A program made the translations under genes and the position numbers. The notes under the pieces are model-generated. The model was not told the origin of the DNA. It searched no databases and was given only the letters and a program-made list of their open reading frames with translations. Positions 52,391 through 63,100 of a DNA stretch of 64,000 nucleotides are shown here, piece by piece (positions within the stretch are counted from its first letter, which is position 1; every line of letters begins with the position of its first letter). The stretch lies in contig OZ024744.1 in NCBI GenBank assembly GCA_964016885.1, positions 868,001 to 932,000 of the forward strand. Reading direction: 5' to 3'. This stretch comes from Eledone cirrhosa (Eukaryota).

Positions 52391-55300
52391 GAGGGAAGAC
52401 AAGGTAGAGAAAGATAGCTTGGTGAAGAACGACGTTTTGAGGGAAGACAAGGTAGAGAAAGATAGCTTGATGAAGTACGAAGTTTTGGGGGAAGACAAGG
52501 TAGAGAAAGATAGCTTGGTGAAGGACGACGTTTTGAGGGAAGACAAGGTATAGAAAGAGAGCTTGGTGAAGAACGACGTTTTCGGGGAAGAAAAGGTAGA
52601 GAAAGATAGCTTGGTGAAGAACAAAGTTTTGGGGGAAGACAAGGTAGAGAAAGATAGCTTGGTGAAGAACGAAGTATTGAGGGAAGACTCGGTAGAGAAA
52701 GATAGCTTGGTGAAGAACGAAGTTTTGAGGGAAGACAAGGTAGAGAAAGATAGCTTGGTGAAGAACGAGGTTTTGAGGGAAGACAATGTAGAGAAAGATA
52801 GCTTGGTGAAGAACGAAGTTTTGGGGGAAGACAAGGTAGAGAAAGATAGCTTGATGAAGAACGAAGTTTTGGGGGAAGACAAGGAAGAGAAAGATAGCTT
52901 GGTGAAGAACGAAGTTTTAGGGAAGACAAGGTAGAGAAAGATAGGTTGGTGAAGAACGAAGTTTTGGGGGAAGACAAGGTAGAGAAAGATAGCTTGGTGA
53001 AGAACGAAGTTTTGCGGAAGACAAGGTAGAGAAATATAGCTCGGTAAACAACGAAGTTTTGAGGGAAGACAAGGTAGAGAAAGATAGTTGGTGAAGATCG
53101 AAATTTTGAGGGAAGACAAGGTAGAGAAAGATAGCTTGATGAAGAACAAAGTTTTGAGGGAAGACAAGGTAGAGAAAGATAGCTTGATGAAGTACGAAGT
53201 TTTGGGGGAAGACAAGGTAGAGAAAGATAGCTTGGTGAAGAACGAAGTTTTGAGGGAAGACAAGGTAGAGAAAGATAGCTTGATGAAGAACGAAGTTTTG
53301 AGGGAAGACAAGGTAGAGAAAGATAGCTTGGTGAAGAACGAAGTTTTGAGGGAAGACAAGGTAGAGAAAGATAGCTTGGTGAAGAACGAAGTTTTGGGGG
53401 AAGACAAAGTATAGAAAGATAGCTTGGTGAAGAACGAAGTTTTGGGGGAAGACAATGTAGAGAAAGATAGCTTGATGAAGAACGAAGTTTTGGGGGAAGA
53501 CAAGGTAGAGAAAGATAGCTTGGTGAAGAACGAGGTTTTGAGGGAAGACAAGGTAGAGAAAGATAGCTTGGTGAAGAACGAAGTTTTGGGGGAAGACAAG
53601 GTAGAGAAAGATAGCTTGGTGAAGAACGAAGTTTTGCGGAAGACAAGGTAGAGAAATATAGCTCGGTGAAGAACGAAGTTTTGAGGGAAGACAAGGTAGA
53701 GAAAGATAGTTGGTGAAGAACGAAATTTTGAGGGAAGACAAGGTAGAGAAAGATAGCTTGATGAAGAACAAAGTTTTGAGGGAAGACAAGGTAGAGAAAG
53801 ATAGCTTGATGAAGTACGAAGTTTTGGGGGAAGACAAGGTAGAGAAAGATAGCTTGGTGAAGAACGAAGTTTTGAGGGAAGACAAGGTAGAGAAAGATAG
53901 CTTGATGAAGAACGAAGTTTTGAGGGAAGACAAGGTAGAGAAAGATAGCTTGGTGAAGAACGAAGTTTTGAGGGAAGACAAGGTAGAGAAAGATAGCTTG
54001 GTGAAGAACGAAGTTTTGGGGGAAGACAAAGTATAGAAAGATAGCTTGGTGAAGAACGAAGTTTTGGGGGAAGACAATGTAGAGAAAGATAGCTTGATGA
54101 AGAACGAAGTTTTGGGGGAAGACAAGGTAGAGAAAGATAGCTTGGTGAAGAACGAGGTTTTGAGGGAAGACAAGGTAGAGAAAGATAGCTTGGTGAAGAA
54201 CGAAGTTTTGGGGGAAGACAAGGTAGAGAAAGATAGCTTGGTGAAGAACGAAGTTTTGAGGGAAGACAAGGTAGAGAAAGATAGCTTGGTGAAGAACGAA
54301 GTTTTGGGGGAAGACAAGGTAGAGAAAGATTGCTTGGTGAAGAACGAAGTTTTGAGGGAAGACAAGGTAGAGAAAGATAGTTGGTGAAGAACGAAATTTT
54401 GAGGGAAGACAAGGTAGAGAAAAATAGCTTGGTGAAGAACGACGTTTTGAGGGAAGACAAGGTAGAGAAAGATAGCTTGGTGAAGAACGAAGTTTTGGGG
54501 GAAGACAAGGTAGAGAAAGATAGCTTGATGAAGTACGAAGTTTTGGGGGAAGACAAGGTAGAGAAAGATAGCTTGGTGAAGAACGACGTTTTGAGGGAAG
54601 ACAAGGTAGAGAAAGATGGCTTGGTGAAGAACGAAGTTTTGGGGGAAGACAAGGTAGAGAAAGATAGCTTGATGAAGTACGAAGTTTTGGGGGAAGACAA
54701 GGTAGAGAAAGATAGCTTGGTGAAGAACGACGTTTTGTGGGAAGACAAGGTAGAGAAACATAGTTGGTGAAGAACGAAGTTTTGAGGGAAGACAAGGTAG
54801 AGAAAGATAGCTTGATGAAGAACGAAGTTTTGAGGGAAGACAAGGTAGAGAAAGATAGCTTGGTGAAGAACGAAGTTTTGAGGGAAGACAAGGTAGAGAA
54901 AGATAGCTTCATGAAGAACGAAGTTTTGAGGGAAGACAAGGTAGAGAAAGATAGCTTGGTGAAGAACGAAGTTTTGAGGGAAGACAAAGTATAGAAAGAT
55001 AGCTTGGTGAAGAACGAAGTTTTGGGGGAAGACAATGTAGAGAAAGATAGCTTGATGAAGAACGAAGTTTTGGGGGAAGACAAGGTAGAGAAAGATAGCT
55101 TGGTGAAGAACGAAGTTTTGAGGGAAGACAAGGTAGAGAAAGATAGCTTGGTGAAGAACGAAGTTTTGGGGGAAGACAAGGTAGAGAAAGATAGCTTGGT
55201 GAAGAACGAAGTTTTGAGGGAAGACAAGGTAGAGAAAGATAGCTTGGTGAAGAACGAAGTTTTGGGGGAAGACAAGGTAGAGAAAGATAGCTTGGTGAAG

Positions 55301-57899
55301 AACGAAGTTTTGAGGGAAGACAAGGTAGAGAAAGATAGTTGGTGAAGAACGAAATTTTGAGGGAAGACAAGGTAGAGAAAGATAGCTTGGTGAAGAACGA
55401 CGTTTTGAGGGAAGACAAGGTAGAGAAAGATAGCTTGGTGAAGAACGACGTTTTGAGGGAAGACAAGGTAGAGAAAGATAGCTTGGTGAAGAACGAAGTT
55501 TTGGGGGAAGACAAGGTAGAGAAAGATAGCTTGATGAAGTACGAAGTTTTGGGGGAAGACAAGGTAGAGAAAGATAGCTTGGTGAAGAACGACGTTTTGT
55601 GGGAAGACAAGGTAGAGAAACATAGTTGGTGAAGAACGAAATTTTGAGGGAAGACAAGGTAGAGAAAGATAGCTTGGTGAAGAACGAAGTTTTGAGGGAA
55701 GACAAGGTAGAGAAAGATAGCTTGATGAAGAACGAAGTTTTGAGGGAAGACAAGGTAGAGAAAGATAGCTTGGTGAAGAACGAAGTTTTGGGGGTAGACA
55801 AGGTAGAGAAATATAGCTCGGTGAAGAACGAAGTTTTGAGGGAAGACAAGGTAGAGAAAGATAGCTTGGTGAAGAACGAAGTTTTGGGGGAAGACAAGGT
55901 AGAGAAAGATAGCTTGGTGAAGAACGAAGTTTTGAGGGAAGACAAGGTAGAGAAAGATAGCTTGGTGAAGAACGAAGTTTTGGGGGAAGACAAGGTAGAG
56001 AAAGATAGCTTGGTGAAGAACGAAGTTTTGAGGGAAGACAAGGTAGAGAAAGATAGCTTGGTGAAGAACGAAGTTTTGAGGGAAGACAAGGTAGAGAAAG
56101 ATAGCTTGGTGAAGAACGAAGTTTTGAGGGAAGACAAGGTAGAGAAAGATAGCTTGGTGAAGAACGAAGTTTTGAGGGAAGACAAGGTAGAGAAAGATAG
56201 TTGGTGAAGAACGAAGTTTTGAGGGAAGACAAGGTAGAGAAAGATAGCTTGGTGAAGAACGACGTTTTGAGGGAAGACAAGGTAGAGAAAGATAGCTTGA
56301 TGAAGTACGAAGTTTTGGGGGAAGACAAGGTAGAGAAAGATAGCTTGGTGAAGAACGAAGTTTTGAGGGAAGACAAGGTAGAGAAAGATAGCTTGGTGAA
56401 GAACGACGTTTTGAGGGAAGACAAGGTATAGAAAGAGAGCTTGGTGAAGAACGACGTTTTCGGGGAAGAAAAGGTAGAGAAAGATAGCTTGGTGAAGAAC
56501 AAAGTTTTGGGGGAAGACAAGGTAGAGAAAGATAGCTTGGTGAAGAACGAAGTATTGAGGGAAGACTCGGTAGAGAAAGATAGCTTGGTGAAGAACGAAG
56601 TTTTGAGGGAAGACAAGGTAGAGAAAGATAGCTTGGTGAAGAACGAGGTTTTGAGGGAAGACAATGTAGAGAAAGATAGCTTGGTGAAGAACGAAGTTTT
56701 GGGGGAAGACAAGGTAGAGAAAGATAGCTTGGTGAAGAACGAAGTTTTGAGGGAAGACAAGGTAGAGAAAGATAGCCTGGTGAAGAACGAAGTTTTGGGG
56801 GATGACAAAGTAGAGAAAGATAGCTTGGTGAAGAACGATGTTTTGGGGGAAGACAAGGTAGAGAAAGATAGCTTGATGAAGAACGAAGTTTTGGGGGAAG
56901 ACAAGGAAGAGAAAGATAGCTTGGTGAAGAACGAAGTTTTAGGGAAGACAAGGTAGAGAAAGATAGCTTGGTGAAGAACGAAGTTTTGGGGGAAGACAAG
57001 GTAGAGAAAGATAGCTTGGTGAAGAACGAAGTTTTGCGGAAGACAAGGTAGAGAAATATAGCTCGGTGAAGAACGAAGTTTTGAGGGAAGACAAGGTAGA
57101 GAAAGATAGTTGGTGAAGAACGAAATTTTGAGGGAAGACAAGGTAGAGAAAGATAGCTTGATGAAGAACAAAGTTTTGAGGGAAGACAAGGTAGAGAAAG
57201 ATAGCTTGATGAAGTACGAAGTTTTGGGGGAAGACAAGGTAGAGAAAGATAGCTTGGTGAAGAACGAAGTTTTGAGGGAAGACAAGGTAGAGAAAGATAG
57301 CTTGATGAAGAACGAAGTTTTGAGGGAAGACAAGGTAGAGAAAGATAGCTTGGTGAAGAACGAAGTTTTGAGGGAAGACAAGGTAGAGAAAGATAGCTTG
57401 GTGAAGAACGAAGTTTTGGGGGAAGACAAGGTAGAGAAAGATAGCTTGGTGAAGAACGAGGTTTTGAGGGAAGACAAGGTAGAGAAAGATAGCTTGGTGA
57501 AGAACGAAGTTTTGGGGGAAGACAAGGTAGAGAAAGATAGCTTGGTGAAGAACGAAGTTTTGAGGGAAGACAAGGTAGAGAAAGATAGTTGGTGAAGAAC
57601 GAAATTTTGAGGGAAGACAAGGTAGAGAAAGATAGCTTGGTGAAGAACGACGTTTTGAGGGAAGACAAGGTAGAGAAAGATAGCTTGGTGAAGAACGACG
57701 TTTTGAGGGAAGACAAGGTAGAGAAAGATAGCTTGGTGAAGAACGAAGTTTTGGGGGAAGACAAGGTAGAGAAAGATAGCTTGATGAAGTACGAAGTTTT
57801 GGGGGAAGACAAGGTAGAGAAAGATAGCTTGGTGAAGAACGACGTTTTGTGGGAAGACAAGGTAGAGAAACATAGTTGGTGAAGAACGAAATTTTGAGG

Positions 57900-60800
57900 G
57901 AAGACAAGGTAGAGAAAGATAGCTTGGTGAAGAACGAAGTTTTGAGGGAAGGCTAGGTAGAGAAAGATAGCTTGATGAAGAACGAAGTTTTGAGGGAAGA
58001 CAAGGTAGAGAAAGATAGCTTGGTGAAGAACGAAGTTTTGGGGGAAGACAAGGTAGAGAAATATAGCTCGGTGAAGAACGAAGTTTTGAGGGAAGACAAG
58101 GTAGAGAAAGATAGCTTGGTGAAGAACGAAGTTTTGGGGGAAGACAAGGTAGAGAAAGATAGCTTGGTGAAGAACGAAGTTTTGAGGGAAGACTAGGTAG
58201 AGAAAGATAGCTTGATGAAGAACGAAGTTTTGAGGGAAGACAAGGTAGAGAAAGATAGCTTGGTGAAGAACGAAGTTTTGGGGGAAGGGGAAGACAAGGT
58301 AGAGAAAGATAGCTTGGTGAAGAACGAAGTTTTGAGGGAAGACAAGGTAGAGAAAGATAGCTTGGTGAAGAACGAAGTTATGAGGGAAGATAAGGTAGAG
58401 AAAGATAGTTGGTGAGGAACGAAGTTTTGAGGGAAGACAAGGTAGAGAAAGATAGCTTGGTGAAGAACGAAGTTTTGAGGGAAGACAAGGTAGAGAAAGA
58501 TAGCTTGGTGAAGAACGAGGTTTTGAGGGAAGACAAGGTAGAGAAAGATAGCTTGGTGAAGAACGAAGTTTTGGGGGAAGACAAGGTAGAGAAAGATAGC
58601 TTGGTGAAGAACGAAGTTTTGGGGGATGACAAAGTAGAGAAAGATAGCTTGGTGAAGAACGAAGTTTTGGGGGAAGACAAGGTAGAGAAAGATAGCTTGA
58701 TGAAGAACGAAGTTTTGGGGGAAGACAAGGTAGAGAAAGATAGCTTGGTGAAGAACGAAGTTTTGAGGGAAGACAAGGTAGAGAAAGATAGCTTGGTGAA
58801 GAACGAAGTTTTGGGGGAAGACAAGGTAGAGAAAGATAGCTTGGTGAAGAACGAAGTTTTGCGGGAAGACAAGGTAGAGAAATATAGCTCGGTGAAGAAC
58901 GAAGTTTTGAGGGAAGACAAGGTAGAGAAAGATAGCTTGGTGAAGAACGAAGTTTTGAGGGAAGACAAGGTAGAGAAAGATAGCTTGATGAAGAACGAAG
59001 TTTTGAGGGAAGACAAGGTAGAGAAAGATAGCTTGATGAAGTACAAAGTTTTGGGGGAAGACAAGGTAGAGAAAGATAGCTTGGTGAAGAACGAAGTTTT
59101 GAGGGAAGACAAGGTAGAGAAAGATAGCTTGATGAAGAACGAAGTTTTGAGGGAAGACAAGGTAGAGAAAGATAGCTTGGTGAAGAACGAAGTTTTGAGG
59201 GAAGACAAAGTATAGAAAGATAGCTTGGTGAAGAACGAAGTTTTGGGGGAAGACAATGTAGAGAAAGATAGCTTGATGAAGAACGAAGTTTTGGGGGAAG
59301 ACAAGGTAGAGAAAGATAGCTTGGTGAAGAACGAAGTTTTGAGGGAAGACAAGGTAGAGAAAGATAGCTTGGTGAAGAACGAAGTTTTGGGGGAAGACAA
59401 GGTAGAGAAAGATAGCTTGGTGAAGAACGAAGTTTTGAGGGAAGACAAGGTAGAGAAAGATAGTTGGTGAAGAACGAAATTTTGAGGGAAGACAAGGTAG
59501 AGAAAGATAGCTTGGTGAAGAACGACGTTTTGAGGGAAGACAAGGTAGAGAAAGATAGCTTGGTGAAGAACGACGTTTTGAGGGAAGACAAGGTAGAGAA
59601 AGATAGCTTGGTGAAGAACGAAGTTTTGAGGGAAGGCTAGGTAGAGAAAGATAGCTTGATGAAGAACGAAGTTTTGAGGGAAGACAAGGTAGAGAAAGAT
59701 AGCTTGGTGAAGAACGAAGTTTTGGGGGAAGACAAGGTAGAGAAATATAGCTCGGTGAAGAACGAAGTTTTGAGGGAAGACAAGGTAGAGAAAGATAGCT
59801 TGGTGAAGAACGAAGTTTTGGGGGAAGACAAGGTAGAGAAAGATAGCTTGGTGAAGAACGAAGTTTTGAGGGAAGACTAGGTAGAGAAAGATAGCTTGAT
59901 GAAGAACGAAGTTTTGAGGGAAGACAAGGTAGAGAAAGATAGCTTGGTGAAGAACGAAGTTTTGGGGGAAGACAAGGTAGAGAAAGATAGCTTGGTGAAG
60001 AACGAAGTTTTGAGGGAAGACAAGGTAGAGAAAGATAGCTTGGTGAAGAACGAAGTTATGAGGGAAGATAAGGTAGAGAAAGATAGTTGGTGAAGAACGA
60101 AGTTTTGAGGGAAGACAAGGTAGAGAAAGATAGCTTGGTGAAGAACGAAGTTTTGAGGGAAGACAAGGTAGAGAAAGATAGCTTGGTGAAGAACGAGGTT
60201 TTGAGGGAAGACAAGGTAGAGAAAGATAGCTTGGTGAAGAACGAAGTTTTGGGGGAAGACAAGGTAGAGAAAGATAGCTTGGTGAAGAACGAAGTTTTGA
60301 GGGAAGACAAGGTAGAGAAAGATAGCCTGGTGAAGAACGAAGTTTTGGGGGATGACAAAGTAGAGAAAGATAGCTTGGTGAAGAACGAAGTTTTGGGGGA
60401 AGACAAGGTAGAGAAAGATAGCTTGATGAAGAACGAAGTTTTGGGGGAAGACAAGGTAGAGAAAGATAGCTTGGTGAAGAACGAAGTTTTGAGGGAAGAC
60501 AAGGTAGAGAAAGATAGCTTGGTGAAGAACGAAGTTTTGGGGGAAGACAAGGTAGAGAAAGATAGCTTGGTGAAGAACGAAGTTTTGCGGGAAGACAAGG
60601 TAGAGAAATATAGCTCGGTGAAGAACGAAGTTTTGAGGGAAGACAAGGTAGAGAAAGATAGCTTGGTGAAGAACGAAGTTTTGAGGGAAGACAAGGTAGA
60701 GAAAGATAGCTTGATGAAGAACGAAGTTTTGAGGGAAGACAAGGTAGAGAAAGATAGCTTGATGAAGTACAAAGTTTTGGGGGAAGACAAGGTAGAGAAA

Positions 60801-63100
60801 GATAGCTTGGTGAAGAACGAAGTTTTGAGGGAAGACAAGGTAGAGAAAGATAGCTTGATGAAGAACGAAGTTTTGAGGGAAGACAAGGTAGAGAAAGATA
60901 GCTTGGTGAAGAACGAAGTTTTGAGGGAAGACAAAGTATAGAAAGATAGCTTGGTGAAGAACGAAGTTTTGGGGGAAGACAATGTAGAGAAAGATAGCTT
61001 GATGAAGAACGAAGTTTTGGGGGAAGACAAGGTAGAGAAAGATAGCTTGGTGAAGAACGAAGTTTTGAGGGAAGACAAGGTAGAGAAAGATAGCTTGGTG
61101 AAGAACGAAGTTTTGGGGGAAGACATGGTAGAGAAAGATAGCTTGGTGAAGAACGAAGTTTTGAGGGAAGACAAGGTAGAGAAAGATAGTTGGTGAAGAA
61201 CGAAATTTTGAGGGAAGACAAGGTAGAGAAAGATAGCTTGGTGCAGAACGACGTTTTGAGGGAAGACAAGGTAGAGAAAGATAGCTTGGTGAAGAACGAC
61301 GTTTTGAGGGAAGACAAGGTAGAGAAAGATAGCTTGGTGAAGAACGAAGTTTTGGGGGAAGACAAGGTAGAGAAAGATAGCTTGATGAAGTACGAAGTTT
61401 TGGGGGAAGACAAGGTAGAGAAAGATAGCTTGGTGAAGAACGACGTTTTGTGGGAAGACAAGGTAGAGAAACATAGTTGGTGAAGAACGAAATTTTGAGG
61501 GAAGACAAGGTAGAGAAAGATAGCTTGGTGAAGAACGAAGTTTTGGGGGAAGACAAGGTAGAGAAAGATAGCTTGGTGAAGAACGAGGTTTTGAGGGAAG
61601 ACAAGGTAGAGAAAGATAGCTTGGTGAAGAACGAAGTTATGAGGGAAGATAAGGTAGAGAAAGATAGTTGGTGAAGAACGAAGTTTTGAGGGAAGACAAG
61701 GTAGAGAAAGATAGCTTGGTGAAGAACGAAGTTTTGAGGGAAGACAAGGTAGAGAAAGATAGCTTGGTGAAGAACGAGGTTTTGAGGGAAGACAAGGTAG
61801 AGAAAGATAGCTTGGTGAAGAACGAAGTTTTGGGGGAAGACAAGGTAGAGAAAGATAGCTTGGTGAAGAACGAAGTTTTGAGGGAAGACAAGGTAGAGAA
61901 AGATAGCCTGGTGAAGAACGAAGTTTTGGGGGATGACAAAGTAGAGAAAGATAGCTTGGTGAAGAACGAAGTTTTGGGGGAAGACAAGGTAGAGAAAGAT
62001 AGCTTGATGAAGAACGAAGTTTTGGGGGAAGACAAGGTAGAGAAAGATAGCTTGGTGAAGAACGAAGTTTTGAGGGAAGACAAGGTAGAGAAAGATAGCT
62101 TGGTGAAGAACGAAGTTTTGGGGGAAGACAAGGTAGAGAAAGATAGCTTGGTGAAGAACGAAGTTTTGCGGGAAGACAAGGTAGAGAAATATAGCTCGGT
62201 GAAGAACGAAGTGTTGAGGGAAGACAAGGTAGAGAAAGATAGCTTGGTGAAGAACGAAGTTTTGAGGGAAGACAAGGTAGAGAAAGATAGCTTGATGAAG
62301 AACGAAGTTTTGAGGGAAGACAAGGTAGAGAAAGATAGCTTGATGAAGTACAAAGTTTTGGGGGAAGACAAGGTAGAGAAAGATAGCTTGGTGAAGAACG
62401 AAGTTTTGAGGGAAGACAAGGTAGAGAAAGATAGCTTGATGAAGAACGAAGTTTTGAGGGAAGACAAGGTAGAGAAAGATAGCTTGGTGAAGAACGAAGT
62501 TTTGAGGGAAGACAAAGTATAGAAAGATAGCTTGGTGAAGAACGAAGTTTTGGGGGAAGACAATGTAGAGAAAGATAGCTTGATGAAGAACGAAGTTTTG
62601 GGGGAAGACAAGGTAGAGAAAGATAGCTTGGTGAAGAACGAAGTTTTGAGGGAAGACAAGGTAGAGAAAGATAGCTTGGTGAAGAACGAAGTTTTGAGGG
62701 AAGACAAGGTAGAGAAAGATAGCTTGGTGAAGAACGAAGTTTTGAGGGAAGACAAGGTAGAGAAAGATAGTTGGTGAAGAACGAAATTTTGAGGGAAGAC
62801 AAGGTAGAGAAAGATAGCTTGGTGAAGAACGACGTTTTGAGGGAAGACAAGGTAGAGAAAGATAGCTTGGTGAAGAACGACGTTTTGAGGGAAGACAAGG
62901 TAGAGAAAGATAGCTTGGTGAAGAACGAAGTTTTGGGGGAAGACAAGGTAGAGAAAGATAGCTTGATGAAGTACGAAGTTTTGGGGGAAGACAAGGTAGA
63001 GAAAGATAGCTTGGTGAAGAACGACGTTTTGTGGGAAGACAAGGTAGAGAAACATAGTTGGTGAAGAACGAAATTTTGAGGGAAGACAAGGTAGAGAAAG
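57900..63100. repeat. Distal sub-family HOR, about 3 copies, periods about 1,680 and 1,581 bp
   Basis: 57972->59656 (+1684); 60087->61668, 60951->62532 and 61190->62771 (+1581). Private markers: GGCTAG, GACTAG, GTTATGAGGGAAGATAAG, TTGCGGGAAG, TACAAA. Confidence 0.88.

Larger units (their letters stand above)
41100..55260. repeat. About 2.4 copies of a 5.65-5.94-kb macro-HOR (periods 5,652 then 5,940 bp)
   Basis: 41496 to 43412 recur at 47148 to 49064 (+5652). 43412 to 49064 recur at 49352 to 55004 (+5940). Private markers at +5940: GTAAACAACG ~47104/~53044, GAAGATCG ~47153/~53093, GATGGC ~48675/~54615. Confidence 0.92.
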
